A stretch of DNA of 64,000 nt, taken from Camelus ferus. Its lineage: Eukaryota. The stretch spans positions 21,144,001 through 21,208,000 of the forward strand of contig NC_045696.1 of the NCBI RefSeq assembly GCF_009834535.1, in the 5' to 3' direction. The notes under the pieces are model-generated. The model searched no databases and was not told where the DNA came from. It saw nothing but the letters and a program-made list of their open reading frames with translations. Numbering within the stretch: position 1 is the stretch's first letter; every line of letters begins with the position of its first letter. The position numbers and the translations under genes were made by a program. Below are positions 40,113-53,150 of the stretch, one piece after another.

Positions 40113-42691
40113 AAAATGTTCCCACATTAAAAAACAAACAAACAAAAAAACTTCCGAGCATACTATTAGGGAAAAGCAAAATCATACACTCAGGGCGAAC
40201 ATGCAGGGATGCTCAGGGAGGACTGACTGCCTCTCTCAGAAAGGATTTTGACTATCACCCTTTCTTGCAAACAACATTAACACTAAATATATTTCTATAA
40301 ATGTTTGTCAGCAAAAGATTCATCTTCTGAATTATTTTAAAAGTAAGACTTTATTTTGTAACAATTATCCCTGTGTATACTGAATTCACAGCAACTTAAT
40401 CTGTATATTTCACAATCCATGAATATCCAATGAAGTGAAATCCTATAACAATAAGACATTGTCATCACTATCCCCAGTAATAAGAAACAAACATTTATTT
40501 TTCACATACCTGCCCTTGAGTTCCGAAGAGACAGTGCCTGTGTGTACAAAACAGAATCAAACATTCTACATATATTACTAAATATGCCCTTGCCGTCCCA
40601 GGCAAGAATAACATAACTGAGCACCCAAGGCCACCAGCAGCATTTTCTTCCAGCAAACATTACAGAACATCATAATGCCTGCAGATAATTTTCCCTTATC
40701 ATTTTGGAAAATTTTCTCTAACCATGACTTTTAAGGCTAAGTAAAATATGTAAAAAATCTGCAAGTATGTTTTTAAATGGAATTCTAAATTGTTTAAAGC
40801 TAACATTATAATCACATCACTGTTAGCTTTATCATTGATTCTTAATTGCTCATACCTGTAGTGCTTCATTGCTAATCATCAAAATGATAAGACATTACTA
40901 ACAAATTACATATTGTTAGAGTTTAAATTCTTTGTAATACTATATAACCTGTGTCTCATTTTATTTTTCGTAAAACACTTGCAGTATAGGTTAGGTCTTG
41001 TCATATGATTTTGGAAATGGTGAAGACTGGAATAGATCATTGTTTTGCCCATCACATTGGTTAACTGAAGACTTAAGGAATATGAATCTAACAAACCAAA
41101 TCAGCTGATTCTATCCTTTCTAGCCCTGGAATTCAGATTCCTCTGCTATTTCCGTTGGAGCCTCACTGGAGCCCTAGGAATGTGCTACTTTTGAGTTGGC
41201 AGTGCAGATCTCATTGGTTGGGGAAATATGCAATAGTTAACTATCCGCCTAGGAGCTGGAAAATTTTAAGATTCATAAAAGTGAAAATTTAGTTAATGAA
41301 GTTTTTCATGCACCTTAATGGTACACATACCTTAAAGGACTCACTGCATTTTAAATAATACCCCTCCTCCAGATCACTAGAGACCACTGTCATAAGGAGT
41401 AAATTCTACAAAGCAGATGATCTAAACGCCCCAACAGAAGACCTGTTATTTTTAATCTTACAAAGCTTACACCTAGTTGTTTGTGTAACTTCTTAGTTGG
41501 CTACTTCATAGTCTTGATAGAAACATGGCTCATTTTAGCAATCTGATTAAGAAGCTGATTTAATTCTAATCAAAATATTTAAATCAGATATTGCCTTACT
41601 TGCTGAAGAAACAGAGGAATAAATGTACTTCTAACCTCAAGAAACTTACAGTATGGAGAAAAAATAGCAGGTCGCTGGGAAAAAAATTGCCTGTTGCACA
41701 GGCAAATTACCTTCCTTGTATAAACTTGTTTTGTTCATTTTTATTAGTGGTAGAATTTTACCTATTTTGTATCTCCTTATCTTAAAATAATTTTTCAAGA
41801 TTTAAGATTAATGGTACTTTATTCTAAAACTATATGTACTTTTTATCCTGAAATCATCAATTAGAAAGTGGTAATGATGAAAAATTATATGCTGTCAGAG
41901 AAACAAAAGTTGTTGCAACAAAGTTCACTCTATTTTAAAAGCCCATAGAGCAGCAAGGCAATCTAAAGAAATTTAGTGATTGACAACTTGACTTCAACTT
42001 TTGCTTGCCCTCACTCTGTTAGGACAACTTCAACACCCTGGTCAGAAAACCATTATTTTCTCAGTTGACTCTCTGATCTTATGACTGAGTCAATCATAAG
42101 TGATTGAATAAATAACAATGATGATTTTAAATTACAGTACAATCTGCATTATGGTGAAATCAGGACATAAGGGATGCATTTTCTTTGCTTTGCAAAAGTA
42201 AGTAATTATAAAAGATTTATTCATTGATAAATGAACAATTTCAGCTTTCAGTATCACTAAAAATGGAGCATGTATGCTGATTTATTAATTAATGAAACAA
42301 ATTTACTATCTTCAGCTGAATAAGCATATACTTTCACTCCTGGAAAAATCTCATTTATTTCCAAACATCAAAAATGGTGAAAATAAGTAATTTGATTGGT
42401 ATCATTGTTTTTCCAGTACCACCACTGATATTAATAAATGCTTTTAAAACTGTAGTAAATTCTGGTTACTATTTTTGTTGCTACCACTAGTAAGATGTAA
42501 CTATTCTTTGAATCTGATCTTTGGTTTATTGCAGTATAAAATGTAGTTCTCAATGAAATTAAAAATAAAGAAATCTATGTATGATGTACTTTTTTAAATT
42601 CAATGCCACATAATCATAAGATTCTATCAAATAGAAAATTGAATCCAAATCATTCATTTTACAGTATTTTATTACAACAGTCTACATTTCT

Positions 42692-43664
42692 TTTTTCTTT
42701 TTCTTTTTAACATTTTTTATTGATTTATAATCATTTTACAATGTTGTGTCAAATTCCAGTGTAGAGCACAATTTTTCAGTTATACATGAACATATATATA
42801 TTCATTGCCACATTTTTTTCTCTGTGAGCTATCACAAGATTTTGTATATATTTCCCTGTGCTATATGGTATAATCTTGTTTATCTATTCTACAATTTTGA
42901 AATCCCAGTCTATCCCTTCCCACCCCCAGCCCCCTTGGCAACCACAAGTTTGTATTCTATGTCTATGAGTCTATTTCTGTTTTGTATTTATGCTTTGTTT
43001 GTTTGTTTGTTTTTAGATTCCACATATGAACGATTTCATATGGTATTTTTCTTTCTCTTTCTGGCTTACTTCACTTAGAATGACATTCTCCAGAAACATC
43101 CATGTTGCTGCAAATGGTGTTATGTTGTCAGTTTTTATGGCTGAATAGTATTCCATTGTATAAATATACCACCTCTTCTTTATCCAGTCATCTGTTGTTG
43201 GACATTTAGGCTGTTTCCATGTCTTGGCTATTGTAAACAGTGCTGCTATGAACATTGGGGTACAGGTGTCATTTTGCAGTAGGGTTCCTTCTGGATATAT
43301 GCCCAGGAGTGGAATTCCTGGGTCATATGGTAAGCCTATTCCTAGTCTTTCGAGGAATCTCCATGCTGTTTTCCACAGTGGCTGCACCAAACTGCATTTC
43401 CACCAGCAGTGTAGGAAGGTTCCCTTTTCTCCACAGCCTCTCCAGCATTTGTCATTTGTGGATTTTTGAATGATGGCTATTCTAACTGGTGTGAGGTGAT
43501 ACCTTATTGTAGTTTTGATTTGCATTTCTCTGATAATTAGTGATATTGAGCATTTTTTCATGTGCCTATTGATCATTTGTATGTCTTCCTTGGAGAGTTG
43601 CTTATTTAGGTCTTCTGACCATTTTTGGATTGGGTTGTTTGTTTTTTTCTTATTAAGTTGTATG
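42692..43664 (-). mobile_element. Young 5'-truncated LINE-1 (ORF2 C-terminus, 3' UTR, A-rich tail)
   Basis: Perfect 13-bp TSD agtctacatttct (42679-42691, 43665-43677); T-rich tail on the left; uninterrupted ORF2 frame. Confidence 0.97.
43013..43663 (-). pseudogene. L1 ORF2p C-terminal fragment (216 codons open, cysteine-rich domain)
   Basis: [39 protein letters not shown]...[18 protein letters not shown]...[13 protein letters not shown]...[11 protein letters not shown]...ICGI*; no promoter or N-terminus. Confidence 0.95.
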
Positions 43665-44483
43665 AGTCTACATTTCTAAAGAAGCTATTGTGTTAAAACA
43701 AAATCCAGCTTTAACTTTTCATATATGCTTTTATTGTACATAACATTTTCAATTAATTTTATTACACCTCCATTAATATAGTTCAAATTATTTTCTGGCT
43801 TTAAGTGTTTGAATAATTTTGACTGAAGAGTCAGCTTATCCAAGTTTCTGTCAAAACTTGAAGTAACCAAACCTCACAAACCCACATAAATAAAAGAGAA
43901 ACCACAAAAATAAAATAAAATTTATAAGGAAGTTTAATTGATGATCTCCAGAAGTGTTATAAGCCAGAATTAATTGATATTTTTGTAAATGGCTATCATT
44001 AAGGGTCTTTTTACTTAAGAAGGTAGATTTACTATGTGATTCTTGTTTTGACCTTCAAGCAGATCAGAAATTGAACATATGTATTCCAAAAACATTGATG
44101 ACCATTTATTAAAAGAATTGCTTGCTTAATCCCCTGTTCCTAGGTGAGCACCCCATAAGAATCAGCAGAGCTTCAAATGTGGCACATATGTAGGCATGTA
44201 TAAATGGGTGACAGTTCTTATCCAGTATAACTTATGTATTAGAGTAAATCACATATGGATTTTTTAAGTAGTGCACCCACAGCCCCTTATTGTAGGGGAA
44301 TAATCACTAAGCCAGGAATAAAATAGTCTGAACTCCCATCAGAGTTCTGTTATTTTGCTGACTTATGTGATTGTGAGATGAATTCTTAACAGGACCTGGT
44401 TCAAAGTAAGAGCTCACAAAATATCTGTTGATTCAAAATATGAAATCAACCAATCGTGACAAATGTAAAAAGAGGAATGATAG

Positions 44484-44983
44484 TGTATTAGTTTTCTATG
44501 CTGCATAGCAAATCACCACACCTTTAGCAGCTTAAGATGGCACACATTTATTTTCTCACAGTTTCTCTGAGGAAGAAGTTGTGGCACAGCCTGGCCAGGT
44601 CTCATCAGCTTGAAATTCATATGTTGACAGAGGCTGTGGTCATTCACAGCTCCTTGCCACCTGGCCCTCTCCATATGCCCTCTCACAGTATGGAAGCTCA
44701 GTTCTTCAAAGCCAGCAACAGAGAGTCTCTCACCTCAGGGTTGGCCCATTCTCTCTTTTAAGATCTTTCCCCTCATTAAATCATGTTGGCCTAGAATTAT
44801 CTCCCTTTGAATTAATTCAGAATCAACTTAGTTGAGATCTTAATTCCATCTGCAAATTCCCTCCATTTTTACCATATCTTATGTGCTAGAAGCAAGCCAC
44901 ATTAGAAGAGAGAGGATTATTCGGGATTGTGACTACCAGAAGGTGGGAATCACTGGGGTCCACTTGAAAGTCTATCCGCCAAA
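44484..44983 (-). mobile_element. MaLR solo LTR, MLT1E/F-like
   Basis: 'tgtattagttttctatgctgcatagcaaatcaccacacctttagcagcttaag...catttattttctcacagtttct...taccagaaggtgggaatcactgggg'. Confidence 0.88.
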
Positions 44984-46179
44984 GATGAGATTGTAGTGAC
45001 AAAGTCCAGAAGATGTCCAGCTTATCATTGTCAACATATTAAAAAGTGGAGAAGAACTCCAGTGAGGTCACAGTGTCCAAAAACTGAATGTAGTAAGTGC
45101 TGAGATGAGAGTAAGCCAAACAGTTAACACAACAGTGACAACAGACAATAGTAAGAATAGCGTTCCTTAGGGTTCTCTTACTCACAAGATAGCTGCTACA
45201 CCTAGTCACCTGTCACTTACTGTTGGAAGAAAAATGATGTGGAAGGGGAGCTAGAGGTTGCTTCAGACAGATTTACATTGGTAATGCTTGCTTGTAATTT
45301 TTCTATAAATCTTTGTTTTCCCAAGATGTTGAGCTCAGCAAGACAATAATGATTTTTAACCTTTCTTTTGGAAGTGGTAATTTTTTCCCTATAAGAATCA
45401 ATTCAGGACAGATAAAACTATTTATTTACAACAATCCAGCCCCCAAGCTTAAGTGAAAATAAAAGTGTTTTATTAAACCCCACAGAAGGGAAAAGTGTTC
45501 TTATAAATTAGATTTCTGACATGATTCAGTTTATTTTTAGAAAACCAACATAGTTTGGCACTTGTTTTCCCCTGCTACAGTACAAAATGACTGAGCACAT
45601 TGGAACAGTAGCAAAGAACTTTCAACTTTTTCAACCAGAAATTCTATCTCCTGCCATTTTTCCAGAATAAGAGGGCAAAACCTTTGAACCAAGGGTTGCT
45701 TATCACCCATCTGCCAGGACAAGGTTACCCAGCAGTCAGCAGCTAACTTCTCCTTTCCAAAGTTTTGGGCTAGAGTAGAGCTGCATCTAAACCCCAAATC
45801 CAACCTCTAAAGTATAAGATTAAGACAGAAAATAGCCTCACTGTCTAAGTCCTTTTGTTATGCAAAAATCTCTGGGCTATAACATAAAGAATTGTCAGGG
45901 AGTCAGATGAAAATTAGTATATAATTCTGAACCAATAATTATAAGAACAACTAAGAAGTTGTTACATTAAAAACCGCCTTTACTTAGCATCTGTTATATA
46001 CTGAGCAACATTCCAAATTCTGAGAATTGAAAAGAACTCCTTACCTTGAATCTCTAACAAACAGAATTGTTAGGTGTAGTGTGGTATATCCATATTAATA
46101 AATGTTAAATATTCATTACTATGATATTTCTAAAGAATCTCTAATGAGATTTTTAAAGAGTTTTAAATAAAAAGGATTA

Positions 46180-46712
46180 ACAATTAATAGTAGCATGGAA
46201 AATTTGTAACGTATTCACCCAACAGAATGTGATACAATAATAGAAATAAATGACCTAAACTGACATATGCCAAATTGGTCCAATCTCAGAAATAATGTTA
46301 AACATAAAAATAAATTACAGAGGAATACTTAGAGCATGACCACAGAATACTATATAGTAAAAGTGAAAGAAATATATGGAAACAATAAATAACAAATTCT
46401 GTCTAGTGTTTAACTACGTGGGAGAAAGAATTAAAGTGATTCCAGAAAGGAACAAAAAGGGCTTCAATCGTTTAGGTAATATTTTATTTTTTTGCTTCAT
46501 AGGGGTATAGTAATAATTTTCTTGAAGCCACTTTTTATTCACAATTAGTTAAAAAATAAACACAAGAATAAAACTACCAACAGGAAAAAAAAATAGTATA
46601 TAATATATAATTCCATTTGTTGAGTAGTAGGATTTTTGTATTTTTTTATCTTTTGAATCTTATCTTTCTATCTATTCAATATTTATGTATTCTTTTTATA
46701 GTTAGAAAAAAA
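46180..46712 (+). mobile_element. L1ME-type 3' end (degenerate)
   Basis: 'tattcacccaacagaatgtgatacaataatagaaataaatga...aatctcagaaataatgttaa...ggaacaaaaagggcttc...ggtaatattttatttttt'. Confidence 0.6.
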
Positions 46713-46714
46713 GC

Positions 46715-49300
46715 TGTCACTCATAACAGTTTAAACAAGTCACTATTCATGTACAGTAGTAAGCAGTGGGAATTTTTAGAGTCTCTAGTAGGACTGGGTT
46801 GTCACTTGGTTCAAAGCAGAGTTTACTCTTTTTATCAAACTGACAGTTACTGAACTTCCAATCTTGTTTTTCATTTTCTGAGGCCAGTTGTTGGGCTTTT
46901 CTAGCCATTTTTTCCTAAATTATCATTTGGAGAAATATCCCTTTGGACCATGACAGAGGTTTGGCTGCTGTGGGTCCCTTTAAGGGCAGCATTCCTTGCA
47001 GAAATATCAGCAAGGTAATGTCCCTTTGCTTCCAGAGAGTCTAATTTAGAATGCTGAAGACTCTTAATAATAATAGCTAAAGCTGTGCATTGCGTCCACT
47101 AATTCCTGATCATTAAAGTCATTTTTAAATATTATTTCTGCTGGAAATAACGTAGCCATGTTGCTTCACCAGCATTCCAAAATCATGGGAAACTCTGAAA
47201 GCACATCTACTATCAGAATAAATATTGGCAGTGTTGCCCTTGGCCAAAGTACAAACACATATAAGAGCATGTAATTCAGCTTGTTGGGCCAAAGGAGCCA
47301 TAGGTAAAGATGCTGACTCAACAGCATCAAAAGGAATTTTAATAGCACACCCAGCACAAGATTTGCCATTGTCATCCATTTTAAATAGGAACCATCAACA
47401 AACCATGAGAACTAAGTATTACTCAAAGGAATTTCCTGTAGATCCCCGCAAGGAATCAGGAGGTAGCCTGTCAGCATTAAGGAATTATGAGGGAATGTAA
47501 AAGAGTCATGTGAGGAACATTTTAAAAAGGATGTTATAAGAGGTGAGGCATCTGACTGAAAAATGTTGAGTGGGATGAGAATTCAGGAAATCTACTTCAT
47601 GAGGTACAAAAATGTTAAAGGGACTTCCACAAAGATTTTCTTGGTGACCTTAACCAAAATGGCAGTGCCTGTGATGGCTCTAAGGCAAGACAGTTATCCC
47701 TCACCACAGGATTCAGTTACTGGCTACAATACCCTGTGGGTCAATGGTGGTCCTTGTGTTATTGGGCGAGTATTTAAAGGGCATTCCCTTCCTTTTCATG
47801 TACAAAAAAGAAAAAGGGAATCTGTTTATTGTGATGCTCATAGGTAAGTGGGTTCATCAGACTCCTTTTTAAGCCTTGAAGATTATAATTTGTTTCTTCC
47901 CATAAGATTGGGTTTGGGTTGCTATTGTTGAATAAGATATAAAGGCTTAACCATCTTTCTCTCTTAGAAAAATTTAGAATCCAATTTCAGCAATAACCAA
48001 CCACTCCACGAAAGCCTTGGGGTTGGTACTTAGTTTTGGTTTTGAGAAACTTAAGACACCATGAAGTCTATCTGGATATAGATGTAGTGCTTATTTTGAT
48101 ATCAGATGCCCTAAATACCAAATCAGGCTTGGGCAAGCTGCAATTTTTCTTTGGCAACCTTATGTTCCTTTAGGGCTAAAAGCTTTAGAAAGTGGATTCT
48201 GTCTTCCTGTAAGGAGGCTTGAGGAGGAGAATAAAGAAGCAAATCATCCACATATTGCAACAAAGTAGAACTTTACCGTAGAAAACATTATATCATCCAG
48301 AACAACCTTCAGGACTTGCAAGAAATAAGAAGGACTTTTAGTAAGACCCTGAGGCATTACTGTTTAAGTGAATTGTTTTTCTTTAGCAAGTGAAGGGAAA
48401 AAGGTATTGGCTAGCTTTATCAACTGGAATACTAAAGAATGCACTGAATGAATCAATTACAGTAAAGAATTCACTTCCAGGGGAATGGATGTTAATGACA
48501 CACAAAGGTTATGAACAACAGAGTGTCAAGAGATAGCAATGTTGTTTACTGCTCAGAGGTGCTGGACAAACCTCCAACCTCAGTGCTTAAGTTTACTAAC
48601 TGATAAAATGAGAGTGTTACAGGGGCTAGTATAAAGGATAATGAGGTCTTGAGCCTTCTGATCTTCTATTGTGGGCTTTATGCCTTGAAGGACTTCTTTA
48701 CTTATAGGATATTGATTAATTACTGGAAGAGGTTTTGAGAGGTCTATTTGAATCTTGAGGTGATCAACGTCAGTTGGAGATTTTGCCCATAAGCAAGATG
48801 GTAGCGGATTTAATAGGGACAAATGATTGGTGTTTCCAGAGTCAGCTTTAGTAATGCCAGAGATGGAACAAATAGAAGGTGTCTAAAGGTTATTTAATTC
48901 ACCTGGTGGGTTACTTTGATGGCTGCTGTCAATTTCTAGAATTATTTCCCACTTTTGGGAGAAAGAAATTTCAGCATAGTACTTCTGTAAGATATCTCAG
49001 TCTAATAAATGGATAAGGGAGGAAGAACTGAGGGGGAAGGGTATATATCCCTCAAAGAGTCTAAACGAATGGGAATAGGTTCAGAGATAGGAGCTCTTGA
49101 GGTTCATTAGAAATCCCTTACTATTTGAACTGTTTTAGTACTCTGAGAAGGGGCTATTTTATAATAGAGCGTGCACTGAGAGAGTGGCTCCCTACTGATG
49201 TCAGTTAGCACAGGAAGAGATTCATCCCCAGTCTGGAGAAATGTTTCTCCACGCTGATTAACAGGGAGGATTGGGAAGAGCCCCTGTAGTTCCCGGGAGT
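46715..49300 (-). pseudogene. pol: Decayed ERV pro-pol (protease, RT, RNase H)
   Basis: Protease D..GATLSV at about 49172-49205; QYPISKEVLQGIKPTIE...SPCNT; FFTVIDSFSAFFSIPVDKASQYLFPFT; VMPQGLTKSPSYF; STLLQYVDDLL (YVDD 48243-48254); RNase H AQQAELHAL...ANIYSDSR (47125-47379). Confidence 0.95.
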
Positions 49301-49309
49301 CCTGTCTTT

Positions 49310-50721
49310 GAGAAGTGAGATGTTCGAAAGGCTGGATAGAGGGCTAAACGCCCTTAAAGCGCTTAAATTTGTGATTATCACATTTCCAGTGTCCTGGATC
49401 TTTGCAATCATAGTAGAAACTGGATGGGTTTTGGTTTTGTTTAGGAGCCTTCATTTTCTGGAGTTAAAGATTAATAGTGTTGGCAGTCTTCCTTTGAGGT
49501 TACTCATCTATAAGGCAAGAGAGCTTATTTACCAGGTTAACTAACTCTAGAGTAGTCATAGTTTTGCGTTTCATCCTTCTTAAAAAAATACATGTTATTT
49601 TTTATTTTTTTAATAGAGGGGAAATTTCCCATTCCAGTACAGTCCGTTAATAAACAGAGTTAAAAGCTCTCAGGTGGAATCGACATCTGAAGAAAGACCA
49701 GAATTTTCTTTTAAAAATAAGTTAAAGTAGATTTTAATAATCATGAACAAGTTCATCAGATTTTTGTGTGCAAGCCTGAATTTTGTTCCAATCAACAGGC
49801 TTTGGAAAAGCCCCAGGAGTTGCTGGATGGTGTTGCCTAGGGATCGCCCAAGCTCAATCTTAGAATAAGTTAGCGAGCTAGCCTTCTAGTTGTAATCCTA
49901 GAGACCTTTCAGGGTTTTAACACTTAGAATTTTTCATCCAATTCTGGGCCTGGCCCTCATGGGACAAGCATGTGAACTAGCTGATAAAAGTCAGAGAAAC
50001 CAGGCTGATAGGTTTGAATGACTATATTACATTCCTCAACAAATCTGTGAGGACCTTTGGTTACTTTGGGAACAGCTAACTATGGCTCACAGTTCAGCTT
50101 TAGTGCAGTGGGTATAAGGAGTCTAACTTCTGGATCCTCAGAAGGCTTCATTTTAAAAGAACAGGTTCTGACAAGTTCAGAGGAGAAAGGAATGGAGAGA
50201 ATTTCAGAGAAAAAAAGGAAGGTTAGTGAGATGATCATTAGGGGGAATTGAGGGTGTAGAGGAGGCATAGGCAGCAGAAGCGAAGGAGGAAGGTGGCTCT
50301 GCAGGTGGCGTCTAAGACAAAGAAGCCAAGGAAGAAGAGCCTGAGGCTTCAAGATCCTCTTCATCTTTCTTAAACATGTGTGTGCCTCAGTTAATCTTAA
50401 AATCTTATTTAGTGGAGAGGCAACTTTAGACTCCTCACAATTCTGGGAAGCCTTAAAATGCCAACTGAAATAAATAAGCATTTCCCTCAGTTCTGGAAAT
50501 TTCTGAGCTACTATAGTCCAACTTGGCTTTTAGGAAATTTAGTTTGGGGACTTAACAAACTCTCAATAATGGTCATTGGTATTCTGAATTGCCTTCAGTC
50601 AGGTCATTTCATTTAGTTTTACAAAAGCATAGGAGGAAGGAATGTGGATTTTAAACATAAAATCATACAGAGTCCCTGTAAGGTGGGTCTCCTTAAAATA
50701 CTTAGGTAACTGGGATTCCAT
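49310..50721 (-). pseudogene. gag: Decayed ERV gag
   Basis: Probable start MESQLPK... at about 50721; Pro-rich segment at 50230-50310; MHR-like KIQACTQKSDELVHDY at about 49738-49785; degenerate zinc knuckle YYDCKDPGHWK at about 49383-49415. Confidence 0.85.
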
Positions 50722-51240
50722 TTTCAGAGATTTTTCTCTAGAGAAAAGAACAATTTTCAAACAGCTCAAACAGCTTAATGCACTAACCGTTCAATTAAAG
50801 CAGCTTGCAAGCCTGAATACCAGCCAATTCTAAGGAAACAGCTTAGTTCCAGGAAAGCTGGGTCAAAAGCCTTTTCAGACAGATTCCAGAGAGTAGGTTC
50901 TTCCAAAGGAATGAGCTGAAGACTGAAGGCATTTTCAGCCAGCTTTATGTGAAACAATCTGATCTCAAAATCAAACCAAATTGCCAAAGAGTACTTTTAT
51001 ACAGAACAAGGCCTTAATCAACAAGACAAAACCTTAAAATAAATCCCAAATAAAACCTGGAGAAGCTTCAAATGTAAAGAAGGAATGAGGGTGAATCCAG
51101 GAGAAAGGAACACTTTTAAACCCAGGGTTGGCGAGAAACCAGTGAGTGTCAATGGGCTTAATTTCAGGTACCACACCTGTTGGCTCACCAGCCCTGGAAC
51201 CTTAGGGCATCTTCTCTGGCCCCTGTATTGGTCACTAAGA

Positions 51241-51579
51241 TGTTGAATTGAAATAAATAGATTGCCAGATTTCCTCCAGCAAAGATGGGTTTACTCAGGA
51301 TCAGTAGATTTTTGCAATTCAGGGTCTGCAAACTTTGTGAGCCATATGCAGGTCCCCACATGACAAAGGAAAGAAAATGGTTTTATAGAGAGAAAATAAA
51401 AGTTGGGAAGGCTATAGCAAACAAAGATTCCATCACTTCTCACTGGCTTAGTTCTTGTCAGGAAAGAAAAGGGGTCTTTTTTCTTCGTGTTGGGCTCTGC
51501 AGTCATTACAGGGCATGAGAGCTACCCCTTCTGGTCTCCTGACTTTATTTAATTAAATTTTCTGTTTATTAATTTTTCA
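51241..51579 (-). mobile_element. 5' LTR of the class I ERV (339 bp)
   Basis: Minus strand runs TGAAAAATT...TTCAACA; TATAAAA at 51381-51387; AGTAAA polyA-like signal at about 51290-51295; followed by a degenerate PBS-like 'tcttagtgaccaatacagggg'. Confidence 0.8.
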
Positions 51580-51580
51580 T

Positions 51581-51706
51581 AGGAGAAACCAATACCACAA
51601 CACCTTGATCTTGGACTCCGAGCCTCCAGAACTGTGAGTAAATACATTTCTGTTGTGTAAGCCACTCAGCCTTTGTTATTTTGTTGTGGTAGGCTAGCCA
51701 TAATTA
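51581..51706 (+). mobile_element. MLT1 LTR, 3' portion only
   Basis: 'caacaccttgatcttggactccgagcctccagaactgtgagtaaatacatttctgttgtgtaagccactcag...ttattttgtt'. Confidence 0.85.
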
Positions 51707-51719
51707 TGGGGAAAAAAAA

Positions 51720-53150
51720 GTGTCACAAAATATAAGTAAATGTATCACATGAAATAGTAGTAACAGTAAGAAATGGCAAGAAACATAATAAAAATCTTAG
51801 AAGCATTGAATTATTAAAGAAATTAATAATAAAATTACTTCAAAAAATGAAGGCACAAAACAGATGGCTAAAAGATAGGATATTGTGTAGAGGTAGATGA
51901 CAGAAGTAAGTAAAATATAGTGAAATGCAAAACAATGGTAGGTCAATTAAATAAATTAGAAACTTAAAAAAATAGAATGACTAGAGTTGAAAACTAAATT
52001 GCTATTATAGACAAAAGTTATCAGAAATCATAGTGAACACAGAAGAGTTAAAGGTATTAAATCAATACCAATAAAATTATTTATATGAAACACAAAGATG
52101 ATGCCAACATAAGATTACTGGTTTCCCTGAAGTAATTCATACAAATAATGTTCAAACATACAATTGGGAAAAATGTCTTAAATTATATATAAAATAATTT
52201 AATGGAATAAATACATAGAATAATACAAAGAAACAAAAAACCTTTCGGGATATGTTATACACCAAGAAAAGGTGACTCAGAAAAACCAATAATGAGATTC
52301 ATGCTGTATACCCCAACACCACTGAATTTCAAAGGTAATTTCTAATCCCAAGTAGTAAGAAAAAATCATTTATAAGGGTAAAATAAAGCTAGCCTTAGAT
52401 TTCCCCACAGAAGTGCTCTTCACCAGAAAATAAGTAAAGCAATGAATGCCGAGTCCTGAAGGAAAGTAAGTGTGATTCAAGAATATGAGACCCATCTCAG
52501 TAGTCATAAAAGAGTTAAATCTGACATTCTGTAATATAAAAGATTCAGGAACTATGAAATGAGTACTTCCTGATAAATACCCTTGGCAATTAAATGGTCT
52601 AAAAGATAACATGAATAACTCAAGGATGATTTGAGTGATTTGTTGGTAATGACCATTAAATTCACTTAATTATAACACCAAGAATAAACCTTGGAAAGAA
52701 TGTGACTAGTTATCACAGTGTTGATTACTGACAAAATAAAAATAGTAAAGACACCAAAATGTACAGGTCAATAGAAATGTTGAAGAAATACAGGTTTGCT
52801 AAGCCCTTGACATCTTTCATTCCAGGCACTCATTAAATTCATTTATATGTATGTGTAATTTTGGTGCCCTTTTAAAAATTCTATTTATATATATATTTAA
52901 TAATGACTATATAGAATATTTATTAAAAACAACAAATGGGAACAAAAACTTATGGCAAGCAATTTGTTGGAAAAAAGTTAAAAACAATATTATGATAAAA
53001 TCTATATTTATAAAAAAGTGAAGGAACACGTATATATATTCATGTGACAAAAGAGCTCCTTTCAATGTTATTTCTAAATAGCAGAATCTTTCCTTTTGAT
53101 TTTGTTTCATGTTTTCTGTGTTTCTAAAATCACTAAATAATGCCTTAAGG
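51720..53150 (+). mobile_element. Ancient HAL1/L1ME-like fragment (ORF1-like)
   Basis: A-rich; 'aaaataaagctagccttagatttccccacagaagtgctcttcaccagaaaataa...tgtgattcaagaat' resembles the IRL.SDFS...AR..W ORF1 segment. Confidence 0.55.

Larger units (their letters stand above)
46715..51579 (-). mobile_element. Class I (ERV1, gamma/epsilon-like) provirus: 5' LTR-leader-gag-pro-pol, truncated near the start of integrase; env and 3' LTR absent
   Basis: Retroviral motifs in the expected order on the minus strand (see the gag, pol and LTR features); many stops and frameshifts. Confidence 0.93.

Noticed and set aside
42746..43473. Plus-strand ORFs of 110, 81 and 72 aa
   Set aside because: Antisense frames of the L1; a familiar artefact
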